64,000 bases of DNA from an uncultured Bacteroidales bacterium (GTDB lineage Bacteria > Bacteroidota > Bacteroidia > Bacteroidales > WCHB1-69). Positions 33,301 to 41,809 of the stretch are shown in pieces. The stretch covers positions 1,248-65,247 of the forward strand of contig CAJODA010000007.1 in NCBI GenBank assembly GCA_905233745.1. The letters are read 5' to 3'. The notes beneath the pieces were generated by a model. It had not been told where the DNA came from, ran no database searches, and saw only the letters and a list, made by a program, of their open reading frames with translations. A program made the position numbers and the translations under genes. How positions within the stretch are numbered: the first letter of the stretch is position 1; each line of letters starts with the position of its first letter.

Positions 33301-33703
33301 ATACGAGTGGGAGGATGCTGCCGACACTGCCCATGTGCGCTATGCCGACGCGGCTTTCCATCTCTGCGGGGTCTGCCCGGAAGGCTGGTATCTGCCGACG
33401 CGGGAGCAGTACGAGGCCCTGTATGCGTGGGGTGCACCTGCCCTGCGTGCCCCGTCCTATTGGATTGGCAACCTCGGCGGCACAAACGAAACCGGGTTCT
33501 CGGCCCTGCCCGCCGGATTCTACAATGGCGTACGCGACAGGTATGAGAATCTGCTTGGCGAGGCTCGGTTCTGGTCGGCAAACCCGCTTGATTTCTCCGA
33601 AAACGTGCGCTACCATACGCTTGTTTTCCCATGTTCAGATATGTTAACCAGTGAAAAATGCGCCCCCGACGCTTGCTCTGTACGCTGTATTTTGGCGGAA
33701 TGA
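30344..33703 (+). CDS. Large Cys-rich secreted/surface protein with SprB-like repeats and a C-terminal FISUMP (Fibrobacter succinogenes major paralogous) domain
   Basis: 1119 aa, signal peptide. C..G....G..PY.Y motifs (e.g. CEPTGKLQVKIQKGSFPYYVDIW, INGKSPYTYRLY). C-terminus DYDGNSYAAVRINGLCWTQANL ... GFSALPAG ... SVRC is typical of FISUMP domains. Confidence 0.8.
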   Translation: MRKQFFLLFCICMLVHTALSQKPVYNFRLTVTPIVATCQGNGELHCGLEYDDGLSLEQVRYYYIPLSGLDSIVETSMPVVTHLRPGDYKVKVSALCGTGLPGADAYLILTDSVPSVTVGTTYDVPVSGMLYNIYSNGSPHGIVPSMACEPTGKLQVKIQKGSFPYYVDIWSVEDTGLVFWKTLTFDSNMYHGVDSIRYDYQHYYTVDSLSTGKYRLLCHDGCGYYMPYLEASVPKVRYYDHLSNHLLRNSSGIPTSSNILTFKEVRDEHAYLGSNDDYYRQTDRPFPYQYRFVNPTLGTESDTTPWHTMPDFETATFLYDTLSALRDYGDIWGRDVILQLRPPCGDTLFSYSFTVYNQGNNGFFNNVKQVNKHYSETLFDFCGYDMTPFYYDEIICGLNVVHLRAYCTDPDSLNCHVHYGYTLSGGIPNSGQGAELHSYITLPLRHKVINVTQDTVVSAGVIEGEDYLWSALLLQNMDLHGDSVIFEITDYHYNPLITEMIRFSADTTRFQHNGARNDKHWERWEPVETETFCPDSARSIGIYFEGSYLHKTLMIEGELHYQFDRDTICLIESPGNNRYNFTGIPDQEGDWTIIREQEANHAVICKRFVMSGVTQRMALVLTDTNLLPGRYVWVVKAPCPFIDTMIIEVDYDLPYVSELPEYEFDTTCTALNITPLRGMYSHGGVELETFFQVTQADTLAHTASAVKRGEVMSVGVPGNYRICMYTLPHDEGRLLAKNPCYAIDTVIEWNYVTVQLEYIYGHVCTAVDTVGFVRAKGINGKSPYTYRLYSAPGGSGDLIAENMTGVFDHIPVRYEQTVSVEITDACNAHFITNLTISDMDKIRKCWAEDNKGDLVLNLGDTCRFYGLSLGDVSYRWTGPDGYIGNTQNVVVLMGSEACSGAYCIAIEGGGCGVLSDSVMVQVRQRPCPGAVDYDGNSYAAVRINGLCWTQANLRSEHYSDGRPVTVQVYRHPDFSQEQMVALFGLLYEWEDAADTAHVRYADAAFHLCGVCPEGWYLPTREQYEALYAWGAPALRAPSYWIGNLGGTNETGFSALPAGFYNGVRDRYENLLGEARFWSANPLDFSENVRYHTLVFPCSDMLTSEKCAPDACSVRCILAE

Positions 33704-33757
33704 CTCTGCCGTTGAAAAAAAATATCTTCCGGAATGCCTAATATTCAATTTTTTTTG

Positions 33758-33765
33758 TACTTTTG
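33758..33765 (+). promoter_or_regulatory. -7 box TACTTTTG upstream of rpmB
   Basis: Exact TAnnTTTG match, 43 nt upstream of the ATG. Confidence 0.5.
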
Positions 33766-33808
33766 CCGCCCGAAAAAAACAGATTATTAATTATTAAAAG
33801 ATAGAGAC

Positions 33809-34042
33809 ATGTCAAGAGTTTGTCAGATTACAGGAAAAAGAGCAGTGGTTGGTAATAATGTTTCCCACTCAAATATCAAGACGAAAAGAACCTTCAAACC
33901 CAATTTGCACACCAAGAAATTCTATGTGCCCGAGCTTGACGAGTGGGTTTACCTCAAGGTCTCCGCTCATGGTTTGCGCCACATTAACAAGAAAGGTGTT
34001 TACGCCTGTCTCGTTGAGGCTGCTGAAAAGGGTGTTTTATAG
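33809..34042 (+). CDS. rpmB: 50S ribosomal protein L28
   Basis: 77 aa, [27 protein letters not shown] is canonical L28. Confidence 0.95.
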   Translation: MSRVCQITGKRAVVGNNVSHSNIKTKRTFKPNLHTKKFYVPELDEWVYLKVSAHGLRHINKKGVYACLVEAAEKGVL

Positions 34043-34060
34043 TCTCTTGATAAACGATCT

Positions 34061-34100
34061 AAAAGCTGTTGTGGTGGTGCCATCGCAACAGCTTTTTTTA
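34061..34100 (+). terminator. Intrinsic terminator after rpmB
   Basis: AAAAGCTGTTG ... CAACAGCTTTTTTT: 11-bp stem followed by a T-run. Confidence 0.7.
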
Positions 34101-34171
34101 TTCTATGCATAATACAATATTTCGTGTTTTTGTGCGTATATATTTTCTGTTTTTAACCGAGTGAAAGAGCA

Positions 34172-36667
34172 TTGAAAAATAAGGGGCTGCTGTTTTTTAT
34201 CCTTGCAATGTTGTTTGCGAACTTCCTTTACGGCCAAAAAGCCGTCGTCAAAGGTGTTGTGTTGGATGATGAGGGACAGCCTATTGAAAATGTCGTTGTG
34301 CAAGTCCTGGACCATAACATGCAGACCATCACGAACGACTACGGACATTTCATCATTGATGTGCCAGAAAACGAGTCTTTCCGTCTGTATTTCCAACAAA
34401 TCAGTCATAAGGATACCGTGTTAACCTTTAAGCTCAAGTCCAAGGAGACGCGGAATATTACTGTGGTGATGCCGGTTATCGGCAACCGGTTGGAGCAGGT
34501 TAACATCCAGAGCAAAAGTGAAAACGGATACATTCGCGTTAATCCGAAGCTCTCCTTTCAGATGCCTTCTCCCAGCGGGGGCATGGAGTCCCTGATCAAG
34601 ATGATGCCGGGAACCTATTCCGTCAATGAACTCAGCGCGCAGTATAATGTGCGTGGCGGTAACTATGACGAAAATCTGGTCTTTGTGAATGATATTGAGA
34701 TTTACCGACCTTTCCTGATCCGCAATGCCCAGCAGGAGGGCTTGAGTTTTGTGAATACAGATTTGGCTGGTCATGTCCTCTTTTCCGCAGGAGGGTTCGA
34801 GGCCAAGTATGGAGACAAGATGTCCTCAGTGTTGGACGTCCAGTACAAGGAGCCCACACAGTATGGCGGCTCCTTCTCCGTGAGTATGTTAGGTGCTTCG
34901 GCTCATGCGGAGGGTAGGGTGGACAGTTGTTTCTCCTTCCTCATTGGCGCCCGCTTCAAATCCAATTCCTATCTGTTGAGGTCCATGCGGATGGGCGGCG
35001 ACACGTCTGACTATAAGCCCACATACTTCGATACGCAGATGCTTCTTAAATGGGATGTCACCAAAAAGTTAAGCATTAGCTTACTGGGCAATGTCTCCTT
35101 CAACAGCTATCTGTACCAGCCTGTCACCAAGGAGACCCGTTTCGGCATGATTGACAATATGAAGCAGTTCAAGGTCTTCTTCGATGGCCAGGAATTGGAC
35201 CGTTATCAGAATTATCTTGGCGGCCTCACGTTCCACTATCATCCGGATGCTAACAATGACCTGAAATTCATCCTCTCCTCCTATTACGCCCAGGAGAGCG
35301 AAACGTATGATATTCAGGGGCAATATTGGTTGAATGACATCGATTTTGATATGGGGTCAGGCACGGTGTTCGTCATCTCTTCACGGGGCTATGGAACCTA
35401 TTTGGAGCATGCACGCAACCACATCACCTCCATAGTCACGGCAGCTGACCTTCGAGGGGCACACAAACTGCCGGTTTCCAATACTCTTTCATGGGGTGTT
35501 AAGGCTCAGAATGAAATCATCAATGACCAGATTCGGGAGTGGAAGATGACTGATTCTTCCGGTTTCACTTTGCCGTTCACCAACACTACGCCGGGGGAGG
35601 CCGTGCCGCTGGACGACCCGTCCCGAATCCTCACGTTCGGTGAAAATGCCTACTTGGTGACCGCTAACCATTTGAACACCTGGCGGTTCACTGGATTTGT
35701 GCAAGACCAGTGGAATATTGACGGCGACAGCTTGACGCACTACGCCTTAAATGCAGGTCTTCGTTTTCACTATTGGACCTACAACCTGCGCGAGTTTACG
35801 GTGTCACCGCGTTTGTCTTTCATCTACAATCCCCGATGGAAGCAGGATTGGAGGTTCTCGTTGCGCACAGGTTTGTACTATCAGCCTGCCTTTTACCGCG
35901 AGATGCGGTATCGTGACGGTACGCTCAACCCTAACATCAAGTCCCAGCGTTCCTTTCAGGTAGTGGCAGGTGCGGAGTACAATTTCAAGATTTGGCGCCG
36001 ACCGTTCAAGTTCACCGCTGAAGCCTACTACAAGTATCTCGACCATCTTATCTCTTATACGGTGGACAATGTGCGCATCACCTATAATGGTAGCAATAAT
36101 GCTGTTGGCTATGCCACTGGTCTGGACCTGCGCATCAGCGGAGAGTTCATACGAGGGTTGGAATCCTGGTTCTCAGTGTCCATTATGGACACCAAGGAGG
36201 ATATTTTGGATGATTACTATTATGACAAGGAGGGTAACCGTGTGGAACCGGGTTACTTGCCCCGGCCCACAGACCAGCGCGTGGCTTTCAATCTCTTTTT
36301 CCAAGACCATATACCCGGATTTCCGCAGTTCAGGGCACATCTTAACTTCATGTTTGCCAGCGGCCTGCCCGTGGGCCCCTCCGACGGCTATGCGTACCAG
36401 CGCGTCCGCGACCCCAATTGGTACCGCCGCGTGGACCTCGGCTTCTCCTTCATGTTTCTGGAACAGAGCCGTGACCGTATGCGCAACAAGTCCAAGTTTG
36501 TCCGCAGTATCAAAAATGCGGGTATATATGTGGAGGTGTTTAACCTGCTCGGGACAAAGAATATCGCGTCCTACTCCTGGGTGACTGACATCAACAAAAC
36601 GCCGTATGCAGTGCCCAACTATCTGACGGGTAGGCTTGTCAATGTGAAATTTTCCGTAGAATTTTAA
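34172..36667 (+). CDS. TonB-dependent outer membrane receptor with N-terminal carboxypeptidase-regulatory-like domain (TTG start)
   Basis: 831 aa, signal peptide, CarbopepD_reg-like start (VKGVVLDDEGQPIENVVV), plug and barrel, C-terminal aromatic residue (FSVEF). Confidence 0.85.
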   Translation: MKNKGLLFFILAMLFANFLYGQKAVVKGVVLDDEGQPIENVVVQVLDHNMQTITNDYGHFIIDVPENESFRLYFQQISHKDTVLTFKLKSKETRNITVVMPVIGNRLEQVNIQSKSENGYIRVNPKLSFQMPSPSGGMESLIKMMPGTYSVNELSAQYNVRGGNYDENLVFVNDIEIYRPFLIRNAQQEGLSFVNTDLAGHVLFSAGGFEAKYGDKMSSVLDVQYKEPTQYGGSFSVSMLGASAHAEGRVDSCFSFLIGARFKSNSYLLRSMRMGGDTSDYKPTYFDTQMLLKWDVTKKLSISLLGNVSFNSYLYQPVTKETRFGMIDNMKQFKVFFDGQELDRYQNYLGGLTFHYHPDANNDLKFILSSYYAQESETYDIQGQYWLNDIDFDMGSGTVFVISSRGYGTYLEHARNHITSIVTAADLRGAHKLPVSNTLSWGVKAQNEIINDQIREWKMTDSSGFTLPFTNTTPGEAVPLDDPSRILTFGENAYLVTANHLNTWRFTGFVQDQWNIDGDSLTHYALNAGLRFHYWTYNLREFTVSPRLSFIYNPRWKQDWRFSLRTGLYYQPAFYREMRYRDGTLNPNIKSQRSFQVVAGAEYNFKIWRRPFKFTAEAYYKYLDHLISYTVDNVRITYNGSNNAVGYATGLDLRISGEFIRGLESWFSVSIMDTKEDILDDYYYDKEGNRVEPGYLPRPTDQRVAFNLFFQDHIPGFPQFRAHLNFMFASGLPVGPSDGYAYQRVRDPNWYRRVDLGFSFMFLEQSRDRMRNKSKFVRSIKNAGIYVEVFNLLGTKNIASYSWVTDINKTPYAVPNYLTGRLVNVKFSVEF

Positions 36668-36677
36668 TCTGATCGTT

Positions 36678-37751
36678 ATGAATTTTAACAAATCATTTGT
36701 CCTTTACGGGACGTTGCTTTTCTTCTTTGCGGTTTTCTGTGCCGCTAGCTGCCAACCGCCGACTCCGCCGGATCCAACTCCGGTGGATGCCCAAATCGAA
36801 GGCTTATATATCCTCAATGAAGGCCTGTTTCAACATAACAACAGTACCATCTCCTATTATGATTTTGAGAGCGGGACGTTTCATGCTGACTTTTTTCTTG
36901 AGGTTAACCAGCGGGGTTTGGGTGATACAGGCAATGATTTGAAAAGATATGGCAGCAAGATGTATTGCGTGGTCAACAACTCCCACCGTGTGGAGGTTAT
37001 GGATTTGGCCACCGCCAGATCTGTCAAGGTCATAAGTTTGCCCCATAAGAGCCCCCGAAGTATTACCTTCCATGAGGGAAAAGCTTTTGTCAGCTGCTTT
37101 GACGGAGATGTGGTTCGCATTGATACTGCTACATTGGAGGTTGACCGGACGGTTCATTCCGGCAACAACCCGGAGGGACTTTGTGTTTGTAACGGGAAAT
37201 TGTATGTGGCCAATTCAGGTGGGTTGAACAATCCCGACTATGACAAGACATTGTCCGTTTTTGATGTGAATACGCTTACGTTGCAAAATACCATAGAGGT
37301 TGGAATTAACCCCTATAAGGTGGCAGCCAGCGATGACGGACGATATGTGTATGTGTGCACACGCGGCGATTATATCTCTCAGTGCGGAACTTTCCTTTGT
37401 GTTGATGCTCAAACGGACCAGGTTGTCCGTACTTGGCAGAATGTCCAGAATTTCACACTCTTCCAGGATAAAGCTTATGTGTATGAAGTGGACTACGATG
37501 CCGCATCCAACCCTGTTAAGGTGATAGACCTCTCCAATCCAGATGCAGAAGCCACACTTTTCATCACCGATGGCACCGTGATCCAAATGCCCTATGGCAT
37601 CACCGTTAATCCACTCAATGAAGATGTGTACATTACGGATGCCTACAACTTCACCGTAACGGGGGATGTATATTGTTTTGATAAAAACGGCAAGAAGAAA
37701 TATTCATTCTCGGCGGGTTTGAACCCAAGTGTCATTGTGTTTAAACAATAA
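36678..37751 (+). CDS. Surface lipoprotein with YncE/YVTN-type beta-propeller repeats
   Basis: 357 aa, lipoprotein signal (FCAASC), Pro-rich linker, repeated ...Y V (A/C) N/T ... G motifs. Starts 10 nt after the receptor gene. Confidence 0.75.
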   Translation: MNFNKSFVLYGTLLFFFAVFCAASCQPPTPPDPTPVDAQIEGLYILNEGLFQHNNSTISYYDFESGTFHADFFLEVNQRGLGDTGNDLKRYGSKMYCVVNNSHRVEVMDLATARSVKVISLPHKSPRSITFHEGKAFVSCFDGDVVRIDTATLEVDRTVHSGNNPEGLCVCNGKLYVANSGGLNNPDYDKTLSVFDVNTLTLQNTIEVGINPYKVAASDDGRYVYVCTRGDYISQCGTFLCVDAQTDQVVRTWQNVQNFTLFQDKAYVYEVDYDAASNPVKVIDLSNPDAEATLFITDGTVIQMPYGITVNPLNEDVYITDAYNFTVTGDVYCFDKNGKKKYSFSAGLNPSVIVFKQ

Positions 37752-37755
37752 ATTG

Positions 37756-37763
37756 TACTTTTG
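37756..37763 (+). promoter_or_regulatory. -7 box TACTTTTG upstream of uvrC
   Basis: Exact match 12 nt before the ATG at 37776. It lies inside the TTG-extended ORF of the track, which argues for the ATG start. Confidence 0.45.
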
Positions 37764-37775
37764 CGGCCTGACTTT

Positions 37776-39557
37776 ATGAAAGAGGTACGCGAAAATCTAA
37801 AACTTATCCTTAAAACGTTGCCCGAAAAACCGGGTGTTTACCGTTTCCTCGATGAAAACGGCACGGTCCTTTATGTGGGCAAGGCCAAACGGCTCAAACG
37901 CCGGGTGTCTTCCTATTTCAATAAAGACCACGATTCGGCAAAAGTGCGGATGCTGGTTACCAAAATCCGTGATATCCAGACCACAGTGGTTGACACTGAA
38001 TGGGAGGCGCTGCTGTTGGAGAACAGCATGATAAAGCAGTTCAAGCCTCATTACAATATAATGTTGAAGGACGACAAGTCCTATCCGTGGATAGCCGTTA
38101 CCAAGGAGGAGTTCCCCAGGATTTTCCCTACCCGTCGTCCGGAACCGGACAAGATGCAGTTGTTTGGACCCTATTCGTCTGTCAGGCAGATGAATGTTTT
38201 GCTGGATACTATAAATGAGATGTTTCCATTGCGCAAGTGCCGGCGACTGGTCAAAAATGACAGGCCTTGTATGCAATATCAGATTCACAAGTGTCCGGCA
38301 CCTTGCTGCGGTTATATTGCAGCCGAGCAGTATCAAGCCAATATCCAGAAGATTGTGGAGATTATCAAGGGTAACCGCAAAGAGGTTGTCAACCGGTTGA
38401 AAGAGGAGATGATGAAGTGTGCCGAAAAGTGGGAGTTTGAGGAAGCGGGTAGAATCAAGGAACAGATTGCTATTTTGGAGAACTTTGTAGTGAAGTCAGT
38501 CGTTGTAAGTCCTCAGCTCACCAATTTGGATGTGTTCGGCATGGAGGAGGATGAAGACTGCGCCTATATCAGTTTTCTGCGCATTGTGGACGGCGCCATT
38601 GTGCAGGCGCACACGCTTGAGATTAACAATAAGATGGACCGTGGTGGGGAGGATCTGCTTTGGGCGGGAATTCTGGAGATGGATGCGCGACTGGGAGGCT
38701 TGTTCCCATCCATACTGGTTCCGTTTGCGCCGACTCTTGAAACGGACAAATGGTCGTTCCAGGTGCCGCAGCGTGGGGAGAAACGCAAGTTGGTGGAACT
38801 GGCGGAGCGTAATGCGCATTTTTACATGTTGGAGAAGAAGAAACGTCAGGATTTGGTAAACCCGGAGCGCCGGAGCCAGCGCGTGCTCATGGCCCTGCAA
38901 CAGGCGCTGGGTATGAAGACCCTCCCCCGTCGCATCGAATGTTTCGACAACTCCAACACACAAGGCGAAGAGCCGGTGGCTGCCATGAGCTGCTTTATTG
39001 ACGGCAAGCCGGCCAAAAGCGAATATCGCCATTTCAACATCAAAACTGTCGTCGGTGCGGATGACTTTGCCTCCATGGAGGAGGTGATCTATCGCCGCTA
39101 TCATCGTTTGCTGGAAGAGGGAAAGCCCCTTCCTGACCTGGTGGTTATAGATGGTGGAAAAGGACAACTGAATGCGGCCTGGAAGGCTGTTGAGGCACTG
39201 CATATTGAAGACCGTCTGATGATGGTCGGCATAGCCAAACGACTGGAGGACATTTTCAAAGTTGGAGACGAATATCCCATCTACATTGACAAGAAATCAG
39301 AGGCGCAGAAACTGTTGCAGCATGTGCGCGACGAAGTGCACCGTTTTGGCATCACGCATCATCGCAAAAGAAGGTCTAAAACCAGTATCGCTTCTGTTTT
39401 GGACGACGCTCCCGGCATAGGTCCCGTGCTTAAACAACGTCTCTTGAGCAAGTTCAAAAGCGTCGCGCGCATCCGGAAAGCCACAAAGGAGGAGTTGGCT
39501 GAGGTCGTGGGCCCAAAGAAGGCGGAAACACTGGACTCCTATCTTAAAACAGTATGA
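37776..39557 (+). CDS. uvrC: Excinuclease ABC subunit C
   Basis: GIY-YIG N-terminus (GVYRF ... VLYVGKAKRLKRR), UVR domain, endonuclease domain and HhH C-terminus. Confidence 0.95.
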   Translation: MKEVRENLKLILKTLPEKPGVYRFLDENGTVLYVGKAKRLKRRVSSYFNKDHDSAKVRMLVTKIRDIQTTVVDTEWEALLLENSMIKQFKPHYNIMLKDDKSYPWIAVTKEEFPRIFPTRRPEPDKMQLFGPYSSVRQMNVLLDTINEMFPLRKCRRLVKNDRPCMQYQIHKCPAPCCGYIAAEQYQANIQKIVEIIKGNRKEVVNRLKEEMMKCAEKWEFEEAGRIKEQIAILENFVVKSVVVSPQLTNLDVFGMEEDEDCAYISFLRIVDGAIVQAHTLEINNKMDRGGEDLLWAGILEMDARLGGLFPSILVPFAPTLETDKWSFQVPQRGEKRKLVELAERNAHFYMLEKKKRQDLVNPERRSQRVLMALQQALGMKTLPRRIECFDNSNTQGEEPVAAMSCFIDGKPAKSEYRHFNIKTVVGADDFASMEEVIYRRYHRLLEEGKPLPDLVVIDGGKGQLNAAWKAVEALHIEDRLMMVGIAKRLEDIFKVGDEYPIYIDKKSEAQKLLQHVRDEVHRFGITHHRKRRSKTSIASVLDDAPGIGPVLKQRLLSKFKSVARIRKATKEELAEVVGPKKAETLDSYLKTV

Positions 39558-39603
39558 TGCAGTCTTTATTCTTTTGAGAGAAAGAGGATAAGGACTTTTT
39601 TAT

Positions 39604-39611
39604 TACTTTTG
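39604..39611 (+). promoter_or_regulatory. -7 box TACTTTTG upstream of the C10 peptidase gene
   Basis: Exact match, 24 nt upstream of the ATG at 39636. Confidence 0.45.
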
Positions 39612-39635
39612 CACCCTTGTAAAAATAATGTGAAT

Positions 39636-41774
39636 ATGAAAAAGATAGCACTGTGTTCTTTTGTTTTGTTTGCCTCACTGGTGATAAATGGCGCTTTGAT
39701 GGCACAAAGTGTCACCAAGTCGGAAGCTGATTTGGTAGCGGCTCGCTTTGTGGCCGAGAAATATTCGGCAATGTCCAAGACTCCCGTCTCTGTTACCTTC
39801 AGGGAAGAGATGATTGAAGATGATATGACCTATATGTATCATTATGATATCGATGGCGTAGGATTCGTTTTTGTGTCCGCCTCTAAAGCCGTTCCTGCCG
39901 TGTTGGCTTACTCTTTGGATGAGGAATTTGAGATGATTCCGCCGGTAAAAGACATGTTCCATCTCTACAAACAGGAGATTGCCTATGCGGAAGGGGCAAA
40001 ACTCCAACCTACGGAGCAGGCGGCAGCCCAATGGGCACACTATCTTGCCGAGGACTTTAAACCGGCTGCAGTCAAAGGCAATGTTAACAACTTTCTGCTC
40101 ACCACCCGCTGGAATCAGAATATGTACTACAATACATATTGTCCTTGGGACGTCAATGCCGGTCCCTACTATGACTATCGCGTGCCTAACGGCTGTGTTG
40201 CGCTGGCTTGCGCCCAGATTATGAACTATCACCATTATCCCAACTCCGGAACAGGTACATTCTCCTATATTCCAACAGGCTATCCCCGTCAAACGGTCGT
40301 GTTCAACAATCACGTCTATCATTGGGATGCTATGTATGACGAACCGACAAGTTATGCCAACGAGATTGCAAAACTTGCCTATCATGTGGGTGTGGCCATT
40401 CAGATGGACTACAATTATGACGGTTCTGGCGCCAATACCGACAATGCCAAACGCAGACTTGTGGAAGTGTTCAAATATGACCCCGAAATCACCTCCTATT
40501 ACCGTGGCAGCTATTTGGACTCTGCCGTGTCAGAGTATATCAGGGTTCTGAAAAATGAAATCGACTGTAAACGACCGGTCTATTATGCGGGATGTAATGA
40601 GAATGTCTCGTGTCACGCATACGTGCTGGATGGCTACGATAATGAAGATAAGTTCCATATCAATTATGGCTGGGGCGGTTCTTCAAATGGCTTTTATGCC
40701 ATTGATAATTTCACGGCCGGCTATAGTCATTGGGACATTGCCGGGGAGTGCATAGCGAACATTATCCCCTCACGGTCATACAGTGCGCCGAACTGCCAGG
40801 GCCACAAGCGCCTGACCGCCTCTTTCGGCTATGTGTTGGACGGCTCCTATACAACCCATCCTTATCAGGCCAATCCCGACTGCTCATGGATGGTGGCTGT
40901 TCCCGGAGCAACTTCCTATGGATTCACGTTCAGTCGTCTTGACCTGAATCCTGATGTGGACTTTGTGACCATTTACAATGGTCCGACTGTGGAGTCAGGG
41001 GTGAAAGCCACCTTTACGGGTACAACGCCGCCGACGGAGACTATTTCCGTTTTCGCGGACAGCGTGCTGATCACGTTCACTTCCAATGGAACCGGCCCTG
41101 CGGTGAATACGGATTATTATGGATTCCAGATGCAGTATAATACTACGCTCACGTCCCCGACTTGCAATCAGTCCAACATTGTCCACGAATGGACGGAAGA
41201 GATTACCGACGGTTCTCAGGATGGTGAAGATTATCTGGCACAGACCAATTGCACATGGACGGTGTATCTGAATTACATTTCAGGATACTCCATCTCTTTC
41301 CCGAAATTTGATTTGGGATACGGTGACTTTGTGGATGTCTATAACGCCAACCACAATCCGCCGACCCTGTACAAACGTTATGACATTTACAATCCCCCTA
41401 CAGGAATTGATTTTGTGACGTTCAACAAGATGCGCGTGAATTTCGTGTCCGACAACTGGGATCAGGGTAACGGTTTCAAATTGCGTTACTATGCTTTGGA
41501 TGCCGTTGAGAACTACAGTGGCATTGAGGATTTGAGCGTCTATCCTAATCCTGTGACTGACAATCTGACATTGGATTTCACCCTGCCGGAATCCGGGAAA
41601 GTAACCCTTAAGGTCATGGATATGGCCGGTAAAGTGGTGTTGGCGGATATGGTCGAGGCAGCTTCGGGGGCAAACAAACACACGATGGATGTTTCCGGAC
41701 TCAGAGCGGGCATTTACCTGCTACAGGTGGAAACGCGCACGGGCAAGGTTATCCAAAAAGTACTGGTGCAGTAG
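39636..41774 (+). CDS. C10 (streptopain/SpeB-like) cysteine peptidase with N-terminal propeptide, two CUB-like domains and T9SS C-terminal sorting domain
   Basis: Signal peptide. Catalytic Cys context NGCVALACAQIM and His context SCHAYVLDGY. Two C...C..W / D.V.IYNG-type modules. C-terminus VYPNPVTDNLTLDF ... GIYLLQV ... KVLVQ. Confidence 0.88.
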   Translation: MKKIALCSFVLFASLVINGALMAQSVTKSEADLVAARFVAEKYSAMSKTPVSVTFREEMIEDDMTYMYHYDIDGVGFVFVSASKAVPAVLAYSLDEEFEMIPPVKDMFHLYKQEIAYAEGAKLQPTEQAAAQWAHYLAEDFKPAAVKGNVNNFLLTTRWNQNMYYNTYCPWDVNAGPYYDYRVPNGCVALACAQIMNYHHYPNSGTGTFSYIPTGYPRQTVVFNNHVYHWDAMYDEPTSYANEIAKLAYHVGVAIQMDYNYDGSGANTDNAKRRLVEVFKYDPEITSYYRGSYLDSAVSEYIRVLKNEIDCKRPVYYAGCNENVSCHAYVLDGYDNEDKFHINYGWGGSSNGFYAIDNFTAGYSHWDIAGECIANIIPSRSYSAPNCQGHKRLTASFGYVLDGSYTTHPYQANPDCSWMVAVPGATSYGFTFSRLDLNPDVDFVTIYNGPTVESGVKATFTGTTPPTETISVFADSVLITFTSNGTGPAVNTDYYGFQMQYNTTLTSPTCNQSNIVHEWTEEITDGSQDGEDYLAQTNCTWTVYLNYISGYSISFPKFDLGYGDFVDVYNANHNPPTLYKRYDIYNPPTGIDFVTFNKMRVNFVSDNWDQGNGFKLRYYALDAVENYSGIEDLSVYPNPVTDNLTLDFTLPESGKVTLKVMDMAGKVVLADMVEAASGANKHTMDVSGLRAGIYLLQVETRTGKVIQKVLVQ

Positions 41775-41809
41775 AATCCGGTGGTCATTAACGTAGTATT
41801 TGTAGTGCG

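Noticed and set aside
32900-33703. Diversity-generating retroelement target (variable repeat) in the FISUMP/C-type-lectin-like C-terminus
   Set aside because: The window contains no reverse transcriptase gene and no template repeat. The two FISUMP genes share no DNA-level repeat.
34101-34171. Cobalamin or other riboswitch upstream of the TonB-dependent receptor
   Set aside because: Only about 70 AT-rich nt are available, with no B12-box-like or other conserved riboswitch core.
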